64,000 bases of DNA, from the NCBI GenBank assembly GCA_964508365.1, contig CAZDTP010000014.1, positions 8,190-72,189 on the forward strand, in the 5' to 3' direction. The translations under genes and the position numbers were made by a program. The notes under the pieces were generated by a model, which saw only the letters and a program-made list of their open reading frames with translations, made no database searches and was not told the origin of the DNA. Position 1 is the stretch's first letter; the number at the start of each line of letters is the position of its first letter. This DNA comes from an uncultured archaeon (lineage in GTDB: Archaea > Asgardarchaeota > Lokiarchaeia > Sigyniarchaeales > SOKP01). This document shows, piece by piece, positions 47,364-58,458 of this stretch.

Positions 47364-49451
47364 ATGCCTAAAACTTTAGAAGAATTTGCCCAAGAGAACA
47401 ATAGCACACTTATTAGAAAAAGAGATTTAAAACAGTCTCCAAATTTAAAAAAAACTTTTGTTTCTCTTAATAATCATTTATATGGAAAATTAAAATATGC
47501 TGATACAGACACTCGAGCACGTTCAAAAGAAATAATCAATCTTTTATTGTGTAAATTAGTTGATGAAATAAATAAGTCCCCAGAAGATGAAATGGACATT
47601 TATATAAGAGAAGAAGAAACAGAACAAGAGCTACTTGAGCGGATTCAAACTTTTTTTCAACTAAATGTAAAGAAGAAATATCCTGATATAATGGGAGAAA
47701 ACGAGCAAATCACTTTGAATAAAGATTTATTATTCATAATCATTAAAGAACTGGAACATATTTCACTTCTTGAATCGTCTAAAGATATTTTAAGCGATGC
47801 ATTTGAAATTTTTGTAAGTAAAATGTTAAAGGATGAAGGTGGGCAGTTCTTTACTCCTCCAAATATCGTAAAATTTATGGTAAATTATTTAGATCCCGAT
47901 GAAGATTCAAAAGTGTTAGATCCTGCATGTGGACATGGTGGATTTCTTCTTGAAACAAAGGAGTTGCTATGGACCAAGATAGATAATGAGCAGAAAAAAG
48001 TAAAAATAATTTCTAACTTACATGGTATAGATAAAGATTTATTCTTAGCAAGAATTTGTAAATTATACTTAGAAATCTTAAGTAATGGCAAATCTAACGT
48101 ATTCTGTGAAGATTCGCTAGATATCAATAGTTATCGGGATAAAGCTAAAAAAATAATAAAAAACAATTATTTTGATTCTATACTAACTAATCCCCCATTT
48201 GGGGCAAAAATCCCGATAAACAATAAAAAAATACTAAATGAATATGAATTCGGGCATTTATGGAAGAATATTGATGGAAATTGGCAAAAACAGGAGAAGA
48301 TTCTAAAACAACAACCTCCACAAATCCTATTTATTGAAAGATGTGTCCAGCTTCTTAAGGATGGTGGAAAATTAGGAATTGTTTTACCCGAAGGTATTTT
48401 TGGAAATCCCTCAGATAGCTATATATGGGATTTTCTTAAATCCAATGGTAAAATTTTAGGAATTATTTCATTAGACCAAAATACTTTTCAACCTTACACT
48501 TGTAATAAAACAAGTATTCTTTTCTTTCAAAAATTAAAAAATAATCCCAAGAATTATAAAATTGATTTTGGAATTATTGACAATGTTGGCCACGACAAAG
48601 ATGGAAAAACTCAATATATTTTGAATAAAGATGGAACTAAGAAATTAGATCAGGATAATAATCCTATTATAAATGATGATCTAATCGATCTTCATATGAA
48701 ATTAAAGAATATAGAAGATTTTGACTACCAAAAGGAACAAAAACTCTTTAAAATCAATTTTAGCCAGATTAAAAATAATATCTTTATTCCCTCTTATTAT
48801 ATTGGTGTAGAAAAACCTCTAAAGGCTCTTGAAAATAATATTGATTTTCAGTTAATTTCTATCGGCGATCTAGTTAATAAAAAAATAATATACACAAAAA
48901 ATAAAGGATACTTACCAAGAGGAGACGAAATTGGTTCACATGTTTATGGTTTAGGCGATATTCCGTTTATCCGTACTAGCGAAATTAATAATTGGGAAGT
49001 CGATCTAAATTCACATAAAAAAACTTCTTACGAGGTATACAACCAATTTAAAGATAAACAGAATATTGAAATTGGAGACGTTCTGTTAGTAAAGGATGGC
49101 GGTCCAAATCTAATTGGAAATACTGCATTTATTTCTGAGTTAGATACAAGAATTATTATCCAGAGCCACATATTTCAGATAAAAATTCTTAAAAATAACG
49201 AGAATATTGATTCGTACCTATTATTATACCTTCTAAATCTTGACATTGTTCAAAAGCAAATAAAAGCAATAACATTCGTTCAAGGCACTATTGCTACAAT
49301 TGGTAATAGAATAATGGATGTTACTTTACCAATTCCATCTGAGATCAATAAAAGAAAGGAAATTTCAAACGATATTAAAGAAATTATTGATAATAAAACA
49401 GAAATAAGAAAGAAAATAAATAAACTCTCTATTAACTATTTTAGTGATTAA
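47364..49451 (+). CDS. N6-adenine DNA methyltransferase (HsdM-like) fused to a C-terminal target recognition (HsdS-like) domain
   Basis: GQFFTP, VLDPACGHGGFL, TNPPFG, LGIVLPEG; C-terminal FIRTSEI..GDVLLVKD..LPIP. Confidence 0.85.
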   Translation: MPKTLEEFAQENNSTLIRKRDLKQSPNLKKTFVSLNNHLYGKLKYADTDTRARSKEIINLLLCKLVDEINKSPEDEMDIYIREEETEQELLERIQTFFQLNVKKKYPDIMGENEQITLNKDLLFIIIKELEHISLLESSKDILSDAFEIFVSKMLKDEGGQFFTPPNIVKFMVNYLDPDEDSKVLDPACGHGGFLLETKELLWTKIDNEQKKVKIISNLHGIDKDLFLARICKLYLEILSNGKSNVFCEDSLDINSYRDKAKKIIKNNYFDSILTNPPFGAKIPINNKKILNEYEFGHLWKNIDGNWQKQEKILKQQPPQILFIERCVQLLKDGGKLGIVLPEGIFGNPSDSYIWDFLKSNGKILGIISLDQNTFQPYTCNKTSILFFQKLKNNPKNYKIDFGIIDNVGHDKDGKTQYILNKDGTKKLDQDNNPIINDDLIDLHMKLKNIEDFDYQKEQKLFKINFSQIKNNIFIPSYYIGVEKPLKALENNIDFQLISIGDLVNKKIIYTKNKGYLPRGDEIGSHVYGLGDIPFIRTSEINNWEVDLNSHKKTSYEVYNQFKDKQNIEIGDVLLVKDGGPNLIGNTAFISELDTRIIIQSHIFQIKILKNNENIDSYLLLYLLNLDIVQKQIKAITFVQGTIATIGNRIMDVTLPIPSEINKRKEISNDIKEIIDNKTEIRKKINKLSINYFSD

Positions 49452-49896
49452 AATGAAGATAGAACTTTTTACCATGCGATACTACCACGAAATTATTGAT
49501 CTTTGGAAAAGATCAGGATTAGAATTAAGCTCATCAGACACACGAGATGAGATAGCAAGGATGCTAAAACGAAACCCTGATTTATTTTTAATTGGTAAGG
49601 AAAACGAAAAAGTTATAGCAGTAGTAATAGGGGCTTTTGATGGAAGAAGGGGTTATGTGCACCATCTTGCGATAGATCCAGATTATCAAAAAAAGAAGTA
49701 TGGCAAAATAATGATGGACGAATTAATTAAGAAGTTTCACATAAAAAAAATTCACAAAGTTCACTTATTTATCGAGAAATATAATAAAGAAGTAGTAGAT
49801 TTTTATAGGAAATTAGGATGGGAAGTCAGAGATGATTTAATTATGATGAGCTTTGTCCCAGATAAAAGTTTATATAGAAGAGACATTGAAAATTAA
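49444..49896 (+). CDS. GNAT family N-acetyltransferase
   Basis: GRRGYVHHLAIDPDYQKKKYGK, FYRKLGW. Confidence 0.88.
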   Translation: MIKMKIELFTMRYYHEIIDLWKRSGLELSSSDTRDEIARMLKRNPDLFLIGKENEKVIAVVIGAFDGRRGYVHHLAIDPDYQKKKYGKIMMDELIKKFHIKKIHKVHLFIEKYNKEVVDFYRKLGWEVRDDLIMMSFVPDKSLYRRDIEN

Positions 49897-49966
49897 AAAT
49901 CTATTTTTAACCATCATCATACTTTTTTTTTGTTAATATTAAATAATAAAAAAAAAAGGTTAATTT

Positions 49967-50998
49967 TCAGACAGAAATTTCTCTTTTCTTCAGACTCAAT
50001 ATACCAAATACTAAAAGTAAAGCAGCAATTAAAATCCAAAGTAATAATGAAACCACTGGCAAATAATAATTAGTTTTTTCTAAACCTCCAAGATTTATGT
50101 TCTGATCTGGATCTGTCGTTGTTACAATACTATATACTCCTGTTATCGTTGCAAACCATGTTTGCCAACTTGCAGAAGGTGGAACGGCATTCAATGTTTC
50201 AACAAAGAAAATAAATACATTTCCTAAATGGTAACCTAGATCAAAATGGTACAATTGAAATGTCCCATAGAATGGACCAGTTAATGTTCTAATTAGTAGA
50301 AATGCGATATAAGAAAGTAAAACAATTAAAATTATTAACATCGATGCTGATCTTGCTTTTTTGAATATTGAAGAAAATGCCATCGTAATACTAGTAAATA
50401 AAAACAATATAAATAAGCTATAGAGATAAAGAGCAGTTAAAAATGGTATTAGACTGAAAAAATGATCAATATTACCAGATTTTACTAATACTCCGATCCA
50501 TCCTATCACAAAAATAGAAAAAAAACTTAAAAGCATTCCCCAGAGATATACTGCTATATATTTACCAATAAATATTTTTATTCGGCTGATAGGTTTACTT
50601 ACTAGTAACAACATTGTTCCTGATTTCACTTCTTCAGCAATAAGAGGTGCTCCAGAAGTTCCAATAATTATGGTGTAAACCAAACCTAAGGTCCAAAAAA
50701 ATGCAGGGAAGATTAATGCAAAACCGATTATCGTAGCAGCATGATTAGGAGATATCAGACCAAAATCTACCGATGTTGGTAATAAAACAACAATTAAAGG
50801 AAATATTACTACTAGAATCAAAGTTATAATGGTCTTTTTAAAAGAAAAAATATCTTGAAAGGTCTTCTTTATTATTATTGCTGTTCTCTTGAAAATGTTC
50901 CTAGAAAGCCAACCCTTCACAGGTTGTATCACCTTTGAATTCAAGTTCTTAGAATTAGACTTTATCTTTCCTTCTGTGTTTACTATTTTGCTTTTCAT
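49967..50998 (-). CDS. ABC-2 type transporter permease
   Basis: IAEEVKSGTMLLLVSKPISR..IGKY. Confidence 0.88.
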   Translation of the reverse strand: MKSKIVNTEGKIKSNSKNLNSKVIQPVKGWLSRNIFKRTAIIIKKTFQDIFSFKKTIITLILVVIFPLIVVLLPTSVDFGLISPNHAATIIGFALIFPAFFWTLGLVYTIIIGTSGAPLIAEEVKSGTMLLLVSKPISRIKIFIGKYIAVYLWGMLLSFFSIFVIGWIGVLVKSGNIDHFFSLIPFLTALYLYSLFILFLFTSITMAFSSIFKKARSASMLIILIVLLSYIAFLLIRTLTGPFYGTFQLYHFDLGYHLGNVFIFFVETLNAVPPSASWQTWFATITGVYSIVTTTDPDQNINLGGLEKTNYYLPVVSLLLWILIAALLLVFGILSLKKREISV

Positions 50999-51960
50999 TC
51001 TTTGTTCCCCCTCTTTTTTGACATAATTTCCATAAAAATATCTTGTAATGATAATTCAGGTTGATGAAAATTATATAATTTAGCCTTATTCTCAAGTAGC
51101 ATCTGAGGTAAGATATCTCTAAGCTTATCAGCATCTTTAGGAATAATATGAATTTTTCCATCTAAATCATCACTCCAAGCTTTTGAGATAAAATCCATAT
51201 CTTTCAATTGATCTACTAATTTCTCGTTCTTATCAGTATCTAAAAAATATAAATTACTTATAAAGCTCTTTTTAATATTACTGATAGAATCCGAAATTAC
51301 AATCTTACCATTATCTATCATTGTTACATCTTCACACATTTGCTCAATTTCAGATAAAATATGACTTGAAACAAATACACTTACTCTATTTGATAATTCT
51401 TTTATTTTTTGAACCACATCCGCTCTTCCTATTGGATCTAAGTTAGCTGTAGGCTCATCAAGGATTAGCACTTTAGGATCATGTATTAAAGATGCCGCAA
51501 TACCGACTTTTTGTTTCATCCCTCCAGAATAGGTGTCTATCTCTCTATTTCTAGCATCAAACAGATCAAAAAAATCTAGAAGTTGTTGAGCCTTTAATCT
51601 AGCTTCTTTTTTTTGTAATCCTCCTAATTGTCCCATATATATTAAATATTCTTCTCCAGTCATATCTCCATAAAAAACAGGATCTTGGGGTAAAAAACCA
51701 ATTAATTGCTTAGCTGCAACTGTACCTGCTTTTTTCTCTCTTATTTTAGCGTCCCCCTCTGTTATAGAAATAGCTCCAACCAACATATTAATAGTAGTAG
51801 TTTTTCCAGCTCCATTTGGACCTAAGAATCCATGAATTCCTGGTTTCACTCGTAGATCAATCCTTGATACAGCCTCTACTGCTTCATTTTTTTTCCCATA
51901 GATCTTTGTTAATTCATTGCTCCAAATTTCAAGATTTGTTTTTGAATCTTTCGTGATCAT
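50995..51960 (-). CDS. ABC transporter ATP-binding protein
   Basis: GPNGAGKTT, YSGGMKQ, LILDEPT, SSH. Confidence 0.95.
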   Translation of the reverse strand: MITKDSKTNLEIWSNELTKIYGKKNEAVEAVSRIDLRVKPGIHGFLGPNGAGKTTTINMLVGAISITEGDAKIREKKAGTVAAKQLIGFLPQDPVFYGDMTGEEYLIYMGQLGGLQKKEARLKAQQLLDFFDLFDARNREIDTYSGGMKQKVGIAASLIHDPKVLILDEPTANLDPIGRADVVQKIKELSNRVSVFVSSHILSEIEQMCEDVTMIDNGKIVISDSISNIKKSFISNLYFLDTDKNEKLVDQLKDMDFISKAWSDDLDGKIHIIPKDADKLRDILPQMLLENKAKLYNFHQPELSLQDIFMEIMSKKRGNKE

Positions 51961-54900
51961 TTACTTTTTACCTCCTTCACTAATTTTTTTGTCAATTAAA
52001 ATCAACTCTTTTTGTTTATTACGATGTCGTCGGTAATATATGGAAACTCCAATTAAAGCACCAAGAAGCACGAAAGTTAATATTAAATGAATTTGATTAG
52101 ATGGTACTAATACTTTGATTGTAGTAATAGATAAAATTAAGCCGCTCTTATCGTGCATAATAACGCTAATATCTTTCCAACCTGCACTAAGAGAAACTTG
52201 TGCATTTTTAGCAGTAGTAGGCCCTTGACTAACCCCGTTTATTAATACTTCAAAGTAATCATATTGTGAATCAGTCTCCCACGCTATATTGAAATTATTA
52301 GAAACCATAGATTCGCTATTTGTAGGATTTGATATCTGAATGCTAAATTTAGAATTTATGCAATATAATATATCATCACTAGCAATTAATAGTTCACTAT
52401 TTCCATCTTCATTTAAATCAACAATTGGATATATTGAATTAATATCCAGATTAAATCTATAAAGAATTTTCCGATTGAAAATATCCAGAATTTCTGTTGC
52501 CGGAATTGCTTCATAAGCCTCTAATCCCCATTCATCTGTTGTTTTTCTGTAATAATCATGTTCGATAAAAATCTCTTTAAGGCCGTCTCCAGTAATATCG
52601 TCAATTCTTTCAATGTTTAAGATAAATTCATAGTTATAATTAGTATAGTAAGATTGCACACAACTAGCAGGTTCTAATGTCCATTTATAATTAGTTAATT
52701 CGAGTGGTTCATTTTCATTACTATTAAAAATATCATAGAAATTGATATAAGAATGTTTACATCCTGAGCCATAATTTATATCAGATTGTATTCCTATTAT
52801 TGCTTCAGAGGTTCCATCACTATTAATATCTCCGATTGAAGTAAAAGGCATTTTAAGTTTATCTGAGGTATAAACTTCGTCGTTTATAGTAGTGTCCGCG
52901 AAATATTCTTTAAATAGAATATCAGGATTAGAATCACCAGAATTACCGCTAAATATTTTACATTCCCTTCCATACAAATATTCATATCCAGACGTTTCAT
53001 ATATGTAATATATACCGACATGATCAAGGAAATCATCGCCATTGAAATCTTCATGGGAAAATAGTAATAGATAGCCTGCACCTTCTACACCAAAGTCAAT
53101 CTTTCCTACATTACTCTCCGAATTATAGATAGCTGATTCCAAATTTTCTGTTGGGATTTTACATACTGTTGAACGGCTATTAATACCTATTATTCGAATA
53201 TTGATCAAAGAAAAAGTGGACCACCCCCATTCATTTTCAATATTTCCATATTCTCCTACAATAATTCCTACTTTTCCATCTTTCGATATAATTGTTTTTC
53301 CAGGAAATTCATAAGATTTAGGAATGGAATATTCTTCTCCTGGAAAGCTTAGGACGATTTGCCATGAATAATTAATTAATACTTTAGAGTCTGAATAACT
53401 TTCAAAATGAGATAGTTGAGATCCCCAATAAGGATCACTTATTAATTTATGAGAACAATTAAAATTACTTCCGAATTGGAAAATTCCAGTTAATAACCAG
53501 TTATTAAGACTATTATTTAGAGGTAAAACCCGTACATTTTGATATGGAATAAAGGTTTGATTAAGACTCCATTTAGTATAAGCCTCATTGTTTTTTAGAT
53601 CAAAAAGGCGGATTCTTGTACTCCATGTATTTGGTGTATCGTAGCTTTCAACACCAATTATAGCAATTAAATCCAAATATTGATCATCAGTTCCATTAAC
53701 AACCTCAAAGTCTTGAATTTCTAAATTTAGGAGATTGCTAACATCAAATTGATCTTCGTCATATATATCAGTAGTATATTTCCATGTATAATATCTATCG
53801 TATTCATTGTTAAATAACCCCCAATAAAATGGTGCAAGACCAAAATCATTAATCGTCAAATTAAATGCACTATTACCGTTTGTTATATTTAACCGAATTT
53901 GAATATTTTTGTTCATATCTAAGAAATTCGATAATGTAGTTTTATTCTCATAATCAAATTCAATAAAGTCATCTGAGTCGTGAGTTCCACGCGTAATTAC
54001 CCACATAAGATCATCCTGAAAAGAGTTATCAAGTGAAGGATGTATATAATTACCTTTAAGATCAGGATAAGTGTGATTATTCCAAGTTGTAGTTCCTGAA
54101 CTCCAGTTGCATAAAACCCATTTGCTATTTGTTACATCAAACATTTCATAAGTAAAATTGTACCAACTAGAAGATGAAGTATTTACCATTAGACTAGTTT
54201 GCATTTTAAGAGCAGATAATCGTTCAGTTTGGGAAAGTGGACATTCCATAGCCCCCAATAAATGATCATCAAGTAAATCAACTGGAATTGTTAGATTTAC
54301 TATCGCTTTCCAAGAAGTTCCAACATTTTCAGCTTTAATTGTATAATTTCCTTCATCCTCCAATAAATCAGTTAAGCTATCGGAAGAAGTACCGCTAATA
54401 AGTTGAATGCTACTTGCTTGCGCTAACGATAAGGGATTCCATGATTCTCCCCACCGAATATTAAAATTAGTATAAATCCAGGAATCATCTATTTCATCAT
54501 TAATTCTATTATATATATGATTTCCAGAGGATTGTGTTTCAATTGGATCTAAATAAGACCCATTGTATTCATATTGGCGATAAAATTTATATGGAAAATC
54601 TATCATAGGGGAATCCCAAATTATAGTCCCGTTAGAACCATCAATAGCTAAAACTTTAGTATAATTAGTTAAGAGAGACCTATATATCATTTCTACTTCA
54701 CTTGAATCAATTGATCCATTCCCTATTAGATTTGTTATAATTTCCGAAATATCAGAAGGTATTATTGAAGGAATAATCCATGCTCCATAATCATCAATAT
54801 CATCATCAGTAATATCCCCCACATTTTTTAAGTCCCTTATCCCTTTATAATATTCTGGTAGAGGAATATTTAAGGACCAAATAATATTTCCCGTTCTTGC

Positions 54901-56697
54901 ATCAATTGTATATAATTCAACTATAATGGTTGCTATTTCTGTAATTTCTGAAGAGCTTTCAGATGGAATCCAATCTGGATCAAAATTGCTTTTTTGAATT
55001 ACGAGAAAATCGTTCAATCCATCATCGTTTAAATCATTAGTTTCACTTATCTCTATTTCAGACGCTTCTTGAGTTCTTACCCAAAGGATATCATTATTTT
55101 TACAATCGATACATAAATAGCGACCATTTGCAGTAATGGCAAATAAATCATCCACACCATCACTATTAAGATCACCAACATTCAAGAAATAATGTCCTTT
55201 CTCACTTCCACTATAAACCGATACACGTTCATATTGACCAGGATCTGTATACACAACCTCTGGATTTAGAGATCTATCGTCATCAATGTGATATCGATTA
55301 ATTAATGCTGTGGTAGTTGAACCATAATAACTACTAGTATCATATGAATAATAATAAATATAAACATCAGAATCTACTTTAATTATTTCTGGATAAGAAC
55401 TAAGGAAAAAGCTATTATAAGTCCAGTTTTGACTATGGGTGATGTTTATCTCATTTATAACGGATAAAGGATTTATATTAAATATTTTACCTTGAATTAT
55501 TTTATTTTGGGTTGAAGCATAACTAGAATAATCGAGATCAGTTGCGATTGAGATGTATTCTTTAACCCCATCATTATTAATATCCGGAATTTCGTAAATT
55601 TTTATTCCAGATTTCATAAATATTCTTTGTACTGATGAATATGGTGATGTTGGGTAAGTACCATAATATTGTTCTGTAGTACTACTTAAATTATAACAAA
55701 TATGATTATCAAGAAGATTGCCATACCTTCCAGAAATTAATCGTAAATACCCATCATCAGAAGCTATTAAAATATCATTAATCTCATCATTATTAACATC
55801 TCCAACAACTTTTATATCATCGATAGAATTAGGTATCGTTTGAAGAGTAAGACCAGTCATGCCATAGACTAGCTTTTCTGTTCCTTGTACTGTAAAAGTC
55901 CAAAGTTTGCTTCCATCTTGAGAATCAAATGCACATAATTTACCTTCTTCTGAACCGGCAATAATAGTTTCAAATCCATTACCATTTATATCTTCTACTA
56001 CTTCTATTTTCCAAACATCGTTGGTAAAGTCTTGATCATTCATCCATACTTTATTTCCAGACTTTCCATTTACAACGATTAATCTATGCCACGAAGAAAT
56101 TACGATTTCTGATATCAAATCAGAAGTTATATCATTAATTAATTTAATATCCCATGAATATGGAATAAAATTTTGTGTTTGATACGTCTCAGGACTAATA
56201 CCTTCGATTGTAGGCTTAAACTTCCATAGTTCTGACCCATTATTAGAAGAAATTGCGATTATATTTGGATGTTCTTGAAAATAAGTAACAAATACAATGT
56301 CATCTTTATTATCACCTGAAATATCTTCAATTATTTCAAAATCAATTACAGGTCCAAAAGTTCTATAACTCATATTGAGAACACCATCTAATGTAATTGT
56401 AGCAATACCTCCATCAGTTCCAACGATAATTAATGGAGGTCCTCCTTCTGTAAGATTGACTATTCTAGGTTGCATTGTTGCTCCAGAACCAGGAAAGCCT
56501 TTACCTAATTTCCATATAATAGAATCTTCTCCAGAATCCTCAGCTTGAGTCTTAGGTTTGTTTGAGACATCATTAATAAATAGGTTACCGAAGATAAAAT
56601 TGGATATAGGCAAACATAAGATAATAACTAAAGCTGCAATAGAATATGTTTTATATCGAAATTTTAAACTAGTTTCTCTTTTCATTTTTCTTTTCAC
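51961..56697 (-). CDS. Large cell-surface protein (1578 aa) with FG-GAP/PQQ-like beta-propeller repeats, membrane-anchored at both ends
   Basis: About 11 DxxxD(G/D)xx(D/E) motifs (e.g. DISGDNKDD, DLNSDGVDD, DLNEDGNSE); W-containing propeller blades; C-terminal TM and basic tail. Confidence 0.8.
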   Translation of the reverse strand: MKRKMKRETSLKFRYKTYSIAALVIILCLPISNFIFGNLFINDVSNKPKTQAEDSGEDSIIWKLGKGFPGSGATMQPRIVNLTEGGPPLIIVGTDGGIATITLDGVLNMSYRTFGPVIDFEIIEDISGDNKDDIVFVTYFQEHPNIIAISSNNGSELWKFKPTIEGISPETYQTQNFIPYSWDIKLINDITSDLISEIVISSWHRLIVVNGKSGNKVWMNDQDFTNDVWKIEVVEDINGNGFETIIAGSEEGKLCAFDSQDGSKLWTFTVQGTEKLVYGMTGLTLQTIPNSIDDIKVVGDVNNDEINDILIASDDGYLRLISGRYGNLLDNHICYNLSSTTEQYYGTYPTSPYSSVQRIFMKSGIKIYEIPDINNDGVKEYISIATDLDYSSYASTQNKIIQGKIFNINPLSVINEINITHSQNWTYNSFFLSSYPEIIKVDSDVYIYYYSYDTSSYYGSTTTALINRYHIDDDRSLNPEVVYTDPGQYERVSVYSGSEKGHYFLNVGDLNSDGVDDLFAITANGRYLCIDCKNNDILWVRTQEASEIEISETNDLNDDGLNDFLVIQKSNFDPDWIPSESSSEITEIATIIVELYTIDARTGNIIWSLNIPLPEYYKGIRDLKNVGDITDDDIDDYGAWIIPSIIPSDISEIITNLIGNGSIDSSEVEMIYRSLLTNYTKVLAIDGSNGTIIWDSPMIDFPYKFYRQYEYNGSYLDPIETQSSGNHIYNRINDEIDDSWIYTNFNIRWGESWNPLSLAQASSIQLISGTSSDSLTDLLEDEGNYTIKAENVGTSWKAIVNLTIPVDLLDDHLLGAMECPLSQTERLSALKMQTSLMVNTSSSSWYNFTYEMFDVTNSKWVLCNWSSGTTTWNNHTYPDLKGNYIHPSLDNSFQDDLMWVITRGTHDSDDFIEFDYENKTTLSNFLDMNKNIQIRLNITNGNSAFNLTINDFGLAPFYWGLFNNEYDRYYTWKYTTDIYDEDQFDVSNLLNLEIQDFEVVNGTDDQYLDLIAIIGVESYDTPNTWSTRIRLFDLKNNEAYTKWSLNQTFIPYQNVRVLPLNNSLNNWLLTGIFQFGSNFNCSHKLISDPYWGSQLSHFESYSDSKVLINYSWQIVLSFPGEEYSIPKSYEFPGKTIISKDGKVGIIVGEYGNIENEWGWSTFSLINIRIIGINSRSTVCKIPTENLESAIYNSESNVGKIDFGVEGAGYLLLFSHEDFNGDDFLDHVGIYYIYETSGYEYLYGRECKIFSGNSGDSNPDILFKEYFADTTINDEVYTSDKLKMPFTSIGDINSDGTSEAIIGIQSDINYGSGCKHSYINFYDIFNSNENEPLELTNYKWTLEPASCVQSYYTNYNYEFILNIERIDDITGDGLKEIFIEHDYYRKTTDEWGLEAYEAIPATEILDIFNRKILYRFNLDINSIYPIVDLNEDGNSELLIASDDILYCINSKFSIQISNPTNSESMVSNNFNIAWETDSQYDYFEVLINGVSQGPTTAKNAQVSLSAGWKDISVIMHDKSGLILSITTIKVLVPSNQIHLILTFVLLGALIGVSIYYRRHRNKQKELILIDKKISEGGKK

Positions 56698-56716
56698 ATC
56701 ACATTAGATTTCATTA

Positions 56717-56749
56717 TTAACATTTATGTTAAAGATTTTAAAATGTTAA
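56717..56749. promoter_or_regulatory. Possible operator palindrome upstream of the FG-GAP/ABC operon
   Basis: TTAACAT-tt-ATGTTAA at 56717-56732 plus an extra ATGTTAA half-site. Confidence 0.3.
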
Positions 56750-56817
56750 ATTAAACTTATTAGTCATTTATTTTCACTTATATTTAATAATTTCCTTATT
56801 TTTTGTAAATAAAAAAA

Positions 56818-57069
56818 TTATCTTTTAACACTGACTAGTCTTATTGCGTCATTTGGACACCTATGATAACATACAGAACAACCCCCACAAATATAATCAG
56901 TAGTAATTGTGATAGCTTTTCCTTGATCGTTCAATTTCCTAATATTTAAAGGGCAAAATCTTATACAAGTACCGCACGATTTACAGTTTGGTAATAATGT
57001 TATGGCTTTATATGTTAATTTAGATAATTCTCGAATTTTATTTTGTAATCTAAATGAGGCTTGTTTCAT
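56818..57069 (-). CDS. 2[4Fe-4S] ferredoxin-like protein
   Basis: CKSCGTCIRFCP and CGGCSVCYHRCP. Confidence 0.8.
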   Translation of the reverse strand: MKQASFRLQNKIRELSKLTYKAITLLPNCKSCGTCIRFCPLNIRKLNDQGKAITITTDYICGGCSVCYHRCPNDAIRLVSVKR

Positions 57070-57146
57070 TAACTAAAAAAAAGAATTATTGTTCATAAAA
57101 AGTTTGAGAAAAAAAATGAAAAAAATAAGGATTGGTCTGTAATCTT

Positions 57147-58169
57147 TTAGGAGATATTTGCACATAAATTTTTTAATATTTCTTCCGCTTTTCTTGAGAA
57201 TCCCGTAATGATATCACTAACACCCATTACTGAATCAATTAGCCCACAAGTTTGCCCAGCAGGTATTGCTCCATTTTCTACATCTCCTTGGGTATACACG
57301 ATTTCGTAACGATAGAGATCTTCTAGAAATGAATCCATCTCATATGCTAATTCTTGAGCTATTTTTTCTTCCTTTGTTATGATTTCGCCATGTTCAAGGC
57401 AATACTTATTTTTCAGTAACCTAATCGGACCAAAACCACCCGTGGTGAGCATAGTATCTCGAGCTGTTGCTGGTGGAATTAAAGCTTTGTAATTAGGGTG
57501 AAACTCGCTTTCAGTAGAGGCTATAAAGCGTGTTCCCATAGCAACGGCATCTGCCCCCATAGCTAATCCAGCGGCTACAGTTTCCGGACTTGCGATACCT
57601 CCACAAGCAACTAGCAATTTTTCGGGATATTTTCGAGCCACTTGTGAAACTAGAACTAACGTAGTAATTCCTTCGTAACTTTGATGACCTCCCCCTTCAG
57701 TTCCAGTCGCACATACACCATCACAGCCCGCAGCAAATGATTTATCTACTAACCATAACGCCGGAGAAACATGGAAATGTTTTACATCTGGAGTTTTCTC
57801 TTTTAACAACTTACTTGCAAAGCTTGAACCTCCAGCGCTCGTGATAATGTAAACTAATTGTTCACGAAGTTTTGGATTTTGCTTAATATTCTGAATAATT
57901 TTCCTTAACATTATTTTATGATCAGTTTGTATCCGAGCAGTTCTAACATTTACACCAAAGGGTTTATCAGTGTGTTCAAGCACATAATCTAATTGTGCAA
58001 GCATATCTTTAACAGAATTTTTTCCCCGTAAAGTCGCATGACTTACTACACCAAGCCCCCCTACTTCAGAAACGGCAACCGTCAACTTAGTGGTGTAAAA
58101 AGGTCCCATCGGAGCGCTTATAATAGGATATTTAATCCCAAATAATTCAGTTAATCTAGTCTTTATCAT
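57147..58169 (-). CDS. Nitronate monooxygenase / FabK-like FMN oxidoreductase
   Basis: PIISAPMG, GTEGGGH, ACGGIA, AMGTRF, AGQTCG. Confidence 0.88.
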   Translation of the reverse strand: MIKTRLTELFGIKYPIISAPMGPFYTTKLTVAVSEVGGLGVVSHATLRGKNSVKDMLAQLDYVLEHTDKPFGVNVRTARIQTDHKIMLRKIIQNIKQNPKLREQLVYIITSAGGSSFASKLLKEKTPDVKHFHVSPALWLVDKSFAAGCDGVCATGTEGGGHQSYEGITTLVLVSQVARKYPEKLLVACGGIASPETVAAGLAMGADAVAMGTRFIASTESEFHPNYKALIPPATARDTMLTTGGFGPIRLLKNKYCLEHGEIITKEEKIAQELAYEMDSFLEDLYRYEIVYTQGDVENGAIPAGQTCGLIDSVMGVSDIITGFSRKAEEILKNLCANIS

Positions 58170-58458
58170 CTTTTTACCTAAATAGATTTCATTATATGAT
58201 AGTTAATACTACCCTTTGAGATTAAAAAATCTTTTTTATATGTGGATAAATTTGTCTAAAATTAGTGATACCGTGAAAATTATTTTTATGAAAAAATTTG
58301 GAAGTATCAACTAAGACTAGCATCATAAATACAATAAACAACATACAATAGAAGATAACGAAAAAGTTATCAAAGCTTTTGAAAAAATTTTACAAAATTT
58401 ATTAAAATAATATTTAATATTTACGAATATTATCAAATTATAAATAAGCCTAATTTAA

